From Bosea sp. 12-68-7 (GTDB lineage: Bacteria > Pseudomonadota > Alphaproteobacteria > Rhizobiales > Beijerinckiaceae), in NCBI GenBank assembly GCA_002279705.1, contig NCCO01000026.1, positions 1 through 63,448 of the forward strand: a stretch of DNA of 63,448 nt, written 5' to 3'. The notes below the pieces were generated by a model. The model made no database searches. It was not told the origin of the DNA and worked only from the letters and a program-made list of their open reading frames with translations. How positions within the stretch are numbered: position 1 is the first letter of the stretch; the number at the start of each line of letters is the position of its first letter. The position numbers were made by a program, and so were the translations under genes. Shown here piece by piece: positions 21,474-29,761 of the stretch.

Positions 21474-22220
21474 ATGGCAGGACGTTTGAAGGGCAAGGTC
21501 GCGGTCGTCACCGCCGCCGGCCAGGGCATCGGGCGTGCGATCGCGGAGGCCTTCGTCGCCGAGGGCGCGACCGTCTGGGCGACCGACAAGGACGTCACGC
21601 TGCTCGAGGGCATTCCCAAGGCGAAGAAGCGCAAGCTCGACGTGCTCTCGAACAAGGCTGTCGAGAGCTTTGCGGCCAAGGTCGGGACGATCGACATCCT
21701 CGTCAACGCCGCCGGTTACGTCCACCATGGCACGGTGCTCGACACCGACGACAAGGCCTGGGATTTCTCCTTCGACCTCAACGTCACCTCGATGCACCGC
21801 ACGATCAAGGCGTTCCTGCCGGGCATGCTGGAGAAGGGCGCTGGCTCGATCGTCAACATCGCCTCGGGCGCGGGTTCTGTCCGCGGCATCCCCAACCGCT
21901 ACGCCTATGGCACGACCAAGGCGGCGGTGATCGGGCTGACCAAGGCGGTCGCGGCCGACTTCATCAAGAAGGGCATCCGCTCCAACGCGATCTGCCCGGG
22001 GACGATCCAGTCGCCCTCGCTCGACCAGCGCATCAAGGATCTGGCGGCCTCGACCAAGACCACGGAAGCCGCCGCGCGGCAGGCCTTCATCGACCGTCAG
22101 CCGATGGGCCGGCTCGGCACGGCGCAGGAGATCGCCTGGCTCGCGGTCTATCTCGCCTCCGATGAGGCGAGCTACACCACCGGCCAGATCCATCTCGCCG
22201 ATGGCGGCTTCGCTCTCTGA
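21474..22220 (+). CDS. SDR oxidoreductase (BDH2/2-keto-3-deoxy-L-fuconate dehydrogenase-like)
   Basis: TAAGQGIG; YGTTK catalytic motif; NAICPGTI. Confidence 0.9.
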   Translation: MAGRLKGKVAVVTAAGQGIGRAIAEAFVAEGATVWATDKDVTLLEGIPKAKKRKLDVLSNKAVESFAAKVGTIDILVNAAGYVHHGTVLDTDDKAWDFSFDLNVTSMHRTIKAFLPGMLEKGAGSIVNIASGAGSVRGIPNRYAYGTTKAAVIGLTKAVAADFIKKGIRSNAICPGTIQSPSLDQRIKDLAASTKTTEAAARQAFIDRQPMGRLGTAQEIAWLAVYLASDEASYTTGQIHLADGGFAL

Positions 22221-22251
22221 GCGCACAAGAACAACAACAGGGAGGAAGCCC

Positions 22252-23235
22252 ATGCATATTCTCGTTCTCGGCGGCGCCGGCATGGCCGGCCGCAAATTCA
22301 TCGAACGCCTCGCCCGTGACGGGCATCTGGGCGGCAAGCCCATCGCCAAGGTGACGGCGCAGGATGTCGTCGCGGCCCAGGCGCCGGCCGGCGCGGCCTT
22401 CGCGTTCGAGGCCATCGTCTCGGACCTGTCGGTTCCGGGCGAGGCTGAGACGCTGATCGCCTCGCGGCCCAAACTGATCGTGCATCTGGCGGCGGTCGTC
22501 TCGGGCGAGGCCGAGGCCGATTTCGAGAAGGGCTACAAGATCAATCTCGACGGCACGCGCTTCCTGTTCGAGGCGATCCGCCTGACCGGCGACGGCTACA
22601 AGCCGCGGGTGGTCTTCACCTCGTCGGTCGCCGTGTTCGGGGCGCCGTTCCACGACAAGATCGGCGACGAGTTCTTCACGACGCCGCTGACCAGCTACGG
22701 CACGCAGAAAGCGATCTGCGAACTGCTGCTCTCGGACTATTCGCGCCGCGGCTTCTTCGACGGGCTCAGCATCCGCTTCCCGACGATCTGCGTGCGGCCG
22801 GGCACGCCCAACAAGGCGGCGTCGGGCTTCTTCTCCAACATCATCCGCGAGCCGCTGAACGGCATCGACGCGGTGCTCCCCGTGTCGGACCAGGTGCGCC
22901 ATTGGCACGCCTCGCCGCGCTCGGCGGTCAATTTCCTGCTCCATGCCGCGACCATGGACCTGGCGGCCGTCGGTCCCCGCCGCGCGCTGAACATGCCGGG
23001 CTATTCCTGCACGGTGGCCGAGCAGATCGAGGCGCTGCGCAAGGTCGCAGGCGACGGCGTCGTGGCGCGCATCAAGCGCGTGCCCGATCCGGTGATCGAC
23101 AAGATCGTCGAGGGCTGGCCGCGCAATTTCGACCCGCAGCGTGCGATCGCGCTCGGTTTCAAGGCCGAGTCGAGCTTCGACGAGATCATCCGCATCCATA
23201 TCGAGGACGAGCTGGGCGGGACGTTCGTGAAGTAG
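22252..23235 (+). CDS. denD: D-erythronate dehydrogenase-like extended SDR
   Basis: GGAGMAG; HLAAVVSGEAEADF; SYGTQK; PNKAASGFFSNIIREPL. Confidence 0.8.
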   Translation: MHILVLGGAGMAGRKFIERLARDGHLGGKPIAKVTAQDVVAAQAPAGAAFAFEAIVSDLSVPGEAETLIASRPKLIVHLAAVVSGEAEADFEKGYKINLDGTRFLFEAIRLTGDGYKPRVVFTSSVAVFGAPFHDKIGDEFFTTPLTSYGTQKAICELLLSDYSRRGFFDGLSIRFPTICVRPGTPNKAASGFFSNIIREPLNGIDAVLPVSDQVRHWHASPRSAVNFLLHAATMDLAAVGPRRALNMPGYSCTVAEQIEALRKVAGDGVVARIKRVPDPVIDKIVEGWPRNFDPQRAIALGFKAESSFDEIIRIHIEDELGGTFVK

Positions 23236-23253
23236 ATGGTGACGCGCACATAG

Positions 23254-23349
23254 CCGTTATGGTCGGGCTTGTCCCGACCATCCACGTCTTCTCCGGGGTG
23301 TTTGCGGTTCCCAAGACGTGGATGCTCGGCACAAGGCCGAGCATGACGG
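23254..23349. repeat. Palindromic intergenic repeat, type A
   Basis: CCGTTATGGTCGGGCTTGTCCCGACCATCCACGTCTT...AAGACGTGGATGCTCGGCACAAGGCCGAGCATGACGG between convergent genes. Confidence 0.85.
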
Positions 23350-23371
23350 TGTTGGCTGCTACGTAGTCAGT

Positions 23372-24025
23372 TCACGCCGGGCAGGGTTCGCCCGGCGTGT
23401 CGACGGCGATGGAAGGCTCGATCTCCGGCGCATGGGTCCAGCCGCTCGTGCCCCAGCTCTTCAGCGCCGCCCAGGTCGAGCGGTCGAGCCGGTACTGTTC
23501 GCAGGGGAAGAGGCCGCCACGGGCCGGCAGCGACTTCAGGAACGAGCCCTCGGCGCGGAAGCCCGACTTCTCCAGCACGCGCTTGGACGCCGGGTTGATG
23601 ACCCGCGCATCGGCCTCGATCGCCTTGATCTCACTCAGCGAGAACACGGTGTCGATCAGCGCCTGGGTGGCCTCCGTCGCCAGCCCCTTGCCCCAATGGC
23701 CCGTGCCCAGCCAGTAGCCGATGAAGGGCATGCCCGTGGCCTGGCGATGCGCGCCGATCATGCCGATCAGCTCGTTGGGCTTGGACCGCGGCGTGATCGC
23801 CAGCACCAGATGCTCGCCCAGCGCATTGCCCTTGCGCATGGCGAAGACGAAGGGCTCGACCGCAGCCACAGGGTAGGGATGCGGGATCGAGGCCGTCATC
23901 TCGGCCACGGCTTTCTCCCCCGCCTGACGCAGGATGGCGGAAGCGTCCGCCATGCGCGGCCAGCGCAGCCAGAGACGGCGGGTCTCGAGCCGGAAGACAT
24001 CGTCGCGGGTCAATTCGGGGAACAT
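23372..24025 (-). CDS. GNAT acetyltransferase (RimJ/RimL-like), downstream of rpmA
   Basis: LETRRLWLRWP; IGYWLGTGHWGKGLATEA; NPASKRVLEKSGF. Confidence 0.92.
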   Translation of the reverse strand: MFPELTRDDVFRLETRRLWLRWPRMADASAILRQAGEKAVAEMTASIPHPYPVAAVEPFVFAMRKGNALGEHLVLAITPRSKPNELIGMIGAHRQATGMPFIGYWLGTGHWGKGLATEATQALIDTVFSLSEIKAIEADARVINPASKRVLEKSGFRAEGSFLKSLPARGGLFPCEQYRLDRSTWAALKSWGTSGWTHAPEIEPSIAVDTPGEPCPA

Positions 24026-24050
24026 CTGAGTCTCTCCGTCGGCGCAAACG

Positions 24051-24086
24051 AAAAAGGGAGCTGGGATTTGGTCCCACCTCCCTTTC
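24051..24086 (-). terminator. Terminator-like hairpin between rpmA and the GNAT gene
   Basis: Minus strand AAAGGGAGGTGGGA-CCAAA-TCCCAGCTCCCTTTTT. Confidence 0.7.
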
Positions 24087-24177
24087 GCTGACCTTGGGTG
24101 ACCCCGTAGAGGGCTGGACCCCTGATCCGTTCCGGTTCGATGGAACCGGCGGATCGGAGAAGTCCCTATCCGCCGTC

Positions 24178-24444
24178 TTATTCTGCGGCCTCTTGGGCCG
24201 GGACTACGTTCACGAAAGCTCGGCCGAGTTTCGTCGTGAATCGGACGCGGCCGGCCGAGGTCGCAAAGAGGGTATGGTCTTTGCCCATGCCGACATTGAC
24301 GCCGGCATGCCAACGGGTTCCGCGCTGGCGGATGATGATGTTGCCCGGAATGACGGCCTGGTCGCCGAACTTCTTCACGCCGAGGCGCTTGCTTTCGGAG
24401 TCGCGACCGTTGCGGGACGAGCCGCCTGCCTTTTTGTGAGCCAT
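24178..24444 (-). CDS. rpmA: 50S ribosomal protein L27
   Basis: [24 protein letters not shown]. Confidence 0.98.
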   Translation of the reverse strand: MAHKKAGGSSRNGRDSESKRLGVKKFGDQAVIPGNIIIRQRGTRWHAGVNVGMGKDHTLFATSAGRVRFTTKLGRAFVNVVPAQEAAE

Positions 24445-24544
24445 AACGCCCTACCTCAAAACTGATGTGGTCTCTCTAACCCGAATCGGTGGCAAAAGCC
24501 AGCCGGTTCGGGCGGGGAAGCGAAAACGGGACTGACGGGAGGCG

Positions 24545-25237
24545 TCAGTAGTCCTCGCCGGAAGCCAGCTCGGCCTGGTCGGCCTTGGCCCGCGGGGGCT
24601 TGCCGGCCAGGAGCTCCTTGGCCTGCTCGACCCACTCCTCGCGGGTGGCGCGGCCGCGGAGCTTGAGCTCCTCGTCCCACTTGGCGACGTCGGCCTCGGT
24701 CCAGGCGGCGATGTCGTTCCAGGAGGTGATGCCGGCGGCGCGCAGCTTCTTCTCGATGGTCGGGCCGACGCCCGAGATCAACGAGAGGTTGGAGGCGTCC
24801 AGCGCACCGGCCTCGGCCTTGGCGGCCTTCGGAGCCTTCGCGGCGGGCTTGGCCTCGACCTCGGCAGCGCCGGCCTGAAGCGCGACGGCCGAAGCCTCGC
24901 CCTTCTTCATCTCCGGCTTCTTGCCGCCGGTGAGAATGTCGGTGATGCGGATGACCGTCAGCTCGGCGCGGAAGCCACGCTTGCGCTTCGAATTCTGGCG
25001 GCGACGCTTCTTGAAGGCGATGACCTTGTCGCCGCGAGCCTGTTCGACGATCTCGGCGGCCACCGTGATCTCGGCGAGGGCCTTGGCGTCGAGCGTGGTC
25101 TTCTCGCCGTCGGTGAGCATCAGCACGGTGTCGAAGGCGACGGTGTCGCCCGGGTTGCCTTCGATCTTGGCGGTGGTGATGCGATCGTTGGCGGTCACGC
25201 GGAACTGTTTTCCGCCGGTCTTGATGACTGCGAACAT
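24545..25237 (-). CDS. rplU: 50S ribosomal protein L21 with C-terminal helix-hairpin-helix-like extension
   Basis: MFAVIKTGGKQFRV...FKKRRRQNSKRKRGFR; tail LSLISGVGPTIEKKL...EEWVEQAKEL; GGAGG RBS. Confidence 0.96.
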   Translation of the reverse strand: MFAVIKTGGKQFRVTANDRITTAKIEGNPGDTVAFDTVLMLTDGEKTTLDAKALAEITVAAEIVEQARGDKVIAFKKRRRQNSKRKRGFRAELTVIRITDILTGGKKPEMKKGEASAVALQAGAAEVEAKPAAKAPKAAKAEAGALDASNLSLISGVGPTIEKKLRAAGITSWNDIAAWTEADVAKWDEELKLRGRATREEWVEQAKELLAGKPPRAKADQAELASGEDY

Positions 25238-25578
25238 TTTATCCTCCATGTTCGGCCCCGCCCTGTCACGGCCTCGACGAGGCGCATGCGGGACGGCTTT
25301 TTGGCAGTCGTTACGGGTCAGGGTTCGCTCTTGAGGGCTCTTGGCTCGCGCGGTGGCGAAACCAAGGGGCCAAAAGAGATCGGGCGCGGGTTTCCCCACG
25401 CCGGACGAGGCTCGATAGTCGCTGGGGTCGCAGAGGTCGAGCGAAAGCGTTGCAGGCTCTGCCGAATGCGACGCTGCGACGACGGCGCGGAACAGAAAGC
25501 GGCCGGCGCGCGCGCGAAGGCTTGTTTTGGCCGAACGCCGCGTGTAGTAACCAGCCCGCTTCGACCGAAGGCGACCGC

Positions 25579-25668
25579 GGACAGGTGGCAGAGTGGTTGA
25601 ATGCACCGCACTCGAAATGCGGCATACCCGCAAGGGTATCGGGGGTTCAAATCCCTCCCTGTCCGCCA
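25579..25668 (+). tRNA. tRNA-Ser(CGA)
   Basis: GGACAGG...CCTGTCC acceptor stem + GCCA; anticodon arm CCGCA-CTCGAAA-TGCGG; long variable arm ATACCC-GCAA-GGGTAT; GGTTCAAATCC T-loop. Confidence 0.97.
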
Positions 25669-25712
25669 CCGCTTTTCCGCAACTTCCTGTAATTGTACGG
25701 TATTTTGCGGCG

Positions 25713-26084
25713 TCAGCCGATGCTGCCCCAACTTTTACCCCAACGCATGCGCGTGAAGCTGGTCACTCTTGCGGCTTCGATGATCTCGGATGGCGAGTGC
25801 GCCGCCTGCACGCGTGCGATGGCGTCATCAATCGGCATCTTCAGGAAATCGGCGATTTCGCTATCGCCCCGCAGGATCGAGAGAAGCCTATCGCGGACAT
25901 CCTCAATCGACAGGTTGGGCCCAGGTTGCAGCGTGAGCCGGACCGGAAATGGTCGCCAGGGCATCATGCGATCGCGCCACGTCAGGTCACGCAGTGGAAC
26001 CAGGTCGATGATGGTCTTGACCGTCCCTGTAGCGTCAAAGCAGACGGCGTTGCGAAAGCTGGTCATCGCTGTCCTGGTCATCAT
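25713..26084 (-). CDS. Hypothetical protein
   Basis: 123-aa ORF with ATGA overlap to upstream ORF. Confidence 0.55.
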   Translation of the reverse strand: MMTRTAMTSFRNAVCFDATGTVKTIIDLVPLRDLTWRDRMMPWRPFPVRLTLQPGPNLSIEDVRDRLLSILRGDSEIADFLKMPIDDAIARVQAAHSPSEIIEAARVTSFTRMRWGKSWGSIG

Positions 26085-26398
26085 CCATGGTTCGGGGGGT
26101 CAGCCGCCCCAGGGTCAACATCGGCTTCGTTTTCCGGAAAGACCACGAAGCCCTGCCCGATCAATGCAATCTCGGACGCTTCGATCTCGTCGATCTCGTC
26201 GACGATGACGCGCCCGCCCTTGTTTGCCCAGCCTCGCTCGGCAAGTTCCAACTGGAACGCGTCGAGGGCAGCGCGCCGAGCCTGAACAGCATTCACGGCC
26301 TCGACCGGGCGGTTCACATAGAAGCCGGTCGGCCCCTCACGCCCCTCGAGGATGTCCAGAAAGCCCTCGCCACGAATGAGGCATCGAAAATGGGCCAT
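26081..26398 (-). CDS. Hypothetical protein
   Basis: MAHFRCLIRGEGF...GFYVNRPVEA; GGAGG RBS before ATG. Confidence 0.65.
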   Translation of the reverse strand: MAHFRCLIRGEGFLDILEGREGPTGFYVNRPVEAVNAVQARRAALDAFQLELAERGWANKGGRVIVDEIDEIEASEIALIGQGFVVFPENEADVDPGAADPPNHG

Positions 26399-26413
26399 CG
26401 TGCCCGCCTCCAC

Positions 26414-26797
26414 TCAGGCCGCAGGGCGCGTCCTGCCGCGCCGGATCAGGCCAAAGACCAGCAAGACGACCCCGAGGAGCATCCCGAGAAGGCCAGGCAT
26501 GGCCATGCTCATGGCGGCCCAGTACAGGGTCTCGGACGCATATTGGCCAAAACCGCTGCAGGGGGAGGTCTCGCCGAGCCAGCCGCCGCATTGCCCCGTA
26601 TAGCCGGGGAGCCACATCAGAACGACGCCGACAAAGGCGACGACGGAGGGGCCGATCAAGGCCAATGTGACACGCAGCCCTGTCGACGCTGCCGCGGCAG
26701 GCCTGGACAGGGAGCGCCAGACGCCGACGGGGGGCGCGATGATGAGCATCGCGAAAATCGCGAGGATCAGCAATGCCATGATCTGGCCAAGGTCCAT
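26414..26797 (-). CDS. Hypothetical three-TM membrane protein
   Basis: AGGAGG RBS; three hydrophobic segments; loop with CGGWLGETSPC. Confidence 0.75.
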   Translation of the reverse strand: MDLGQIMALLILAIFAMLIIAPPVGVWRSLSRPAAAASTGLRVTLALIGPSVVAFVGVVLMWLPGYTGQCGGWLGETSPCSGFGQYASETLYWAAMSMAMPGLLGMLLGVVLLVFGLIRRGRTRPAA

Positions 26798-26897
26798 CGC
26801 GCTCCTCCTTTCGATCGACGCTGAATAATCCCGAAAAGTCTACAACATCTCTGAGGCAAAACGACGTAAAGCTCAAAAAAGTGATGAGATCCTCGCG

Positions 26898-27040
26898 CTA
26901 TCCTTTCCAGAGTCGGAATGAAGACACCCGGGTCGCGACGCTCATCTTCTCCTCCGGGATGATGGCGCATCCGGCTGCGGTGAGTTTCTCGATTTGGGTC
27001 GTCAGATCTTGGTCCAAAGAGCTGACGCGTGCGCAGGATA
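26898..27040 (-). pseudogene. Serine recombinase/resolvase N-terminal fragment
   Basis: CARVSSLDQDLTTQIEKLTAAGCAIIPEEKMS matches YARVS..DQ....Q...L...GC..I..EK.S, then truncated. Confidence 0.8.
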
Positions 27041-27044
27041 TTCG

Positions 27045-27360
27045 ATGTCGACCCAAATGAGACGCTGACGCTGTCGCGCGCGCCTGCCTCGCTGGTAAGG
27101 CGATCACGCCACCATTTCAGCGAGCATTCGCAAGCGCGTCCCGGGCGAGCTCCGCGCCCTGCTCGGCAAGACCGAGAAGAAGCAGAGCCTCGGAACCCGA
27201 GATCCGTCCGAGGCCAAGCTCGAGCAGGCGGAGGTGCTCGTCGCCGTCGAGAAGCGCTGGGCCAACCTGAACGTCGGCCCGCGTTCACTGAGTGAGCGCG
27301 AGGCACATGAGTTCGCCCGCTCCGCACACGACACATGGTTCGCCCGCGATCCGATCAGCC
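27045..27360 (+). pseudogene. Tyrosine integrase N-terminal (DUF6538-like) fragment
   Basis: Frame from 27129: RKRVPGELRALLGKTEKKQSLGTRDPSEAKLEQAEVLVAVEKRWANL; no catalytic domain, 5' part broken. Confidence 0.7.
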
Positions 27361-28260
27361 GAGGACTTGATAGGGCCCGAGACGCGCGGCATGGCGCTGG
27401 ACGAGGTCGAGGCCGAACGCAGTGGGGCGCAGCGCCGGCGCCCGGTCATGGATCTCGATGCCGGCGCGCGCGCCGAACAGGCGCTTGCCGTAGCAGATCA
27501 GGCTTTCAAGGGACTGCATGATGAAGACCGTCGTCGCCAGCATCTCGCGATAGGCGGCTTCGGCGCTCTCCTCGTTGCCGGCGTTGAGCCGCGCATGCGC
27601 GGCCAGTGCATAGTCGATCGTATCGGGGGCGAGGATCATCCCGGCGCAACCGGCACGAAAATTATCGATCAGTTCGAGGCCGCCGCGGCCGTTCATGACC
27701 GGCAGTTGCCCATCCGTCGCCTCGATCAGATGCCGGATCTCCACGACCGAACCCTCGCCCTTGACGAGGCAGATATTCGGATGCTGCGCGACCAGCTCGC
27801 GAATGTCATCGGCGGAGAGGCCGCGCCCCATATAGGCCGGCGCGTTCTGGATGGCGACCGGCAGCGACGTCGCCTCGGCGACGCGCCCGAAGAAGCGGAT
27901 GTACTCTGCCGCGCCGAAGTTTCCGACCATCGGTGGCTGCAGGATCACCCAGTCGGCCCCCGCCGCCTCGGCCGCGCGGACCTGCTCGACCTGCTCTGCG
28001 ACCGACGAACCGAAGATCGTGAAGGCCAGTGGCACGCGCCCGTCCGTATCCTCGGCGACCCACTCCATCACCATTCGCCGCTCGGTTACGCCGAGCTTCG
28101 AGACCTCGGTCGCGAGCCCGAGAGCAGCCATCCCGTGGACGCCGAGCCCGAGACAGATCTCGACCTGCTTGCGCATCGCCTCGCGGTTCAGACGCTCCTG
28201 CGCATCGAACAACGCATAGACGATCGCGTGAATGCCCGTGAATGGCGGCTTGAAGCCCAT
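27355..28260 (-). CDS. DapA/dihydrodipicolinate synthase family aldolase/dehydratase
   Basis: LGLATEVSKL; WVILQPP; AIQNAP; LVKGEG (Schiff-base Lys); GGAGG RBS. Confidence 0.9.
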   Translation of the reverse strand: MGFKPPFTGIHAIVYALFDAQERLNREAMRKQVEICLGLGVHGMAALGLATEVSKLGVTERRMVMEWVAEDTDGRVPLAFTIFGSSVAEQVEQVRAAEAAGADWVILQPPMVGNFGAAEYIRFFGRVAEATSLPVAIQNAPAYMGRGLSADDIRELVAQHPNICLVKGEGSVVEIRHLIEATDGQLPVMNGRGGLELIDNFRAGCAGMILAPDTIDYALAAHARLNAGNEESAEAAYREMLATTVFIMQSLESLICYGKRLFGARAGIEIHDRAPALRPTAFGLDLVQRHAARLGPYQVLG

Positions 28261-28703
28261 CTTGTTTCCTCCCTGTGGTCCGGCATTGAGGCACGACCCT
28301 ACCGCAGATGGCGTTTAAGTCATTCAATTAAAAAGGTTATCGTCATTGAGAGAGGGGTGAATCTTTGGCGCTTGTTCACAGTCTGCAAGTTCGACCGGCG
28401 TTGAGTGCGGGCCCTGTGAACCCGCTTGCGTCCGCTGGACGATGGGTCACAGGACTGGTACACGCGATCAAAATCCGCAGCTCTCAAGCTATTGATTTTA
28501 TTGATCTCTCTGGAGAATGTGGACAATCCCTCCCGGCCCGCCACTTCCCCGCCGCCGAAGGATTTTCCAGGATACCTCAGGTGAGTCGCTGCCGTTCCGG
28601 GTGGCGAGCTTTTGCCGTTCAGCCTCTTCAGGGCCGATGGCGCTGCGGTCTCGGCGGCTCTGCCACCGCCGCGGCTGAATGACGGTTGTTTAGAGGGTCT
28701 TCC

Positions 28704-29384
28704 GTGGAAACGTCGCTCTATCTGCCGGTCAAGGCCTTCCTCGAGGGGCTGGGCTACACCGTCAAGGGCGAGGTCGGGCCTTGCGATCTCGTCGGGGTGC
28801 GGGCCGGCGACCCGAGTGTGGTGGTGATCGGCGAACTCAAGCTGACCTTCAATCTCGAGCTGATCCTGCCGGGCGTCGACCGCATGAGCATCGGCGACGA
28901 GGTCTGGCTGGCGGCGCGGCTGTCGGCCCGGGGCAAGGGCCGCGAGAGCGATCCGCGCTACCGCAATCTCTGTCGCCGGCTCGGTCTCGGGCTGCTGGGG
29001 GTCGCCGCATCCGGCCAGGTCGACGTGCTCGTGTCCCCGGTTGCACCGACGCCGCGCAAGGACCCGAACCGGCGTTCCCGTCTCGTGGATGAACACCGGC
29101 GTCGCCAGGGCGATCCGGTCGCCGGCGGCGGGACGCGAAGGCCGGTGATGACCGCCTATCGCCAGCAGGCGCTGGCCTGCGCGGCGGCGATGGCGGAGGG
29201 CCCGCAACGGCCGCGCGATCTCAAGCCGACCTGCCCGGACGCACAGAAGATCCTGCATCGGAACGTCTATGGCTGGTTCGAGACAATGGGCCGGGGCGTC
29301 TATGCGTTGACCGCGGCGGGGCGGGATGCGCTCGCGACATGGCGACCGGCGCCCGACTCCGGGGCCGCTCCCGCAGCCGAATGA
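28704..29384 (+). CDS. DUF2161-type putative PD-(D/E)XK protein
   Basis: ETSLYLPVKAFLEGLGYTVKGEV..CD; ELKLTFNL; LCRRLGLG; MTAYRQQAL; NVYGWF. Confidence 0.85.
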   Translation: METSLYLPVKAFLEGLGYTVKGEVGPCDLVGVRAGDPSVVVIGELKLTFNLELILPGVDRMSIGDEVWLAARLSARGKGRESDPRYRNLCRRLGLGLLGVAASGQVDVLVSPVAPTPRKDPNRRSRLVDEHRRRQGDPVAGGGTRRPVMTAYRQQALACAAAMAEGPQRPRDLKPTCPDAQKILHRNVYGWFETMGRGVYALTAAGRDALATWRPAPDSGAAPAAE

Positions 29385-29498
29385 CGGGCGGGAGCGCGAG
29401 CCACAGCGCGCGCCCGGCTCCGGTCGGGACGTCTTCGGCCGCATGATGGGTCGCCTCGCCGGTTTCGTGGCGGCCGGCGAAGGTCTCATGACGCTTCC

Positions 29499-29525
29499 TT
29501 GACAGCGGGGCGGGCGCGCCATCAT
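29499..29525 (+). promoter_or_regulatory. Putative sigma70 promoter of the TPP-riboswitch operon
   Basis: Perfect TTGACA at 29499-29504, about 30 nt before the aptamer; -10 element is weak. Confidence 0.5.
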
Positions 29526-29534
29526 GGTGGCCGC

Positions 29535-29645
29535 TGTTCCAAGGGGTGCCCCGCCAGGGGGCTGAGATTCCGCCGGTCGGACTTCGGTTCGACAGCGCGG
29601 TGACCCTCCGAACCTGATCCGGGTCATGCCGGCGTAGGGATGCGG
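29535..29645 (+). ncRNA. TPP (thiamine pyrophosphate) riboswitch
   Basis: AGGGGTGC...GCTGAGA...GACCCTCCGAACCTGATCCGGGTCATGCCGGCGTAGGGA is the THI-box consensus; P3 extension with CTTCGG loop. Confidence 0.96.
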
Positions 29646-29761
29646 GACATCGGGCGGCACCTTCGCCCCTTCTCCAGGCTCGCGCCGTCATTTTCGGATC
29701 GTCAGGCTCCAAGGCCCGGCTATCGCCGGGCGATGGGCCGTGCGGGAAGGCGCGAGCGGAC

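Larger units (their letters stand above)
25650..28543. mobile_element. Decayed tRNA-integrated genomic island remnant
   Basis: tRNA 3' end AATCCCTCCCTGTCCGCCA recurs as AATCCCTCCCGGCCCGCCA at 28525-28543 (17/19); contains resolvase and integrase fragments; visibly more AT-rich stretches. Confidence 0.75.

Noticed and set aside
25238-25731. N-terminal extension of rplU and ORFs overlapping the tRNA
   Set aside because: They translate through the tRNA and promoter region; the L21 start with an RBS is at 25237
25669-28543. Active prophage or ICE
   Set aside because: Only truncated recombinase fragments; no structural, replication or conjugation genes
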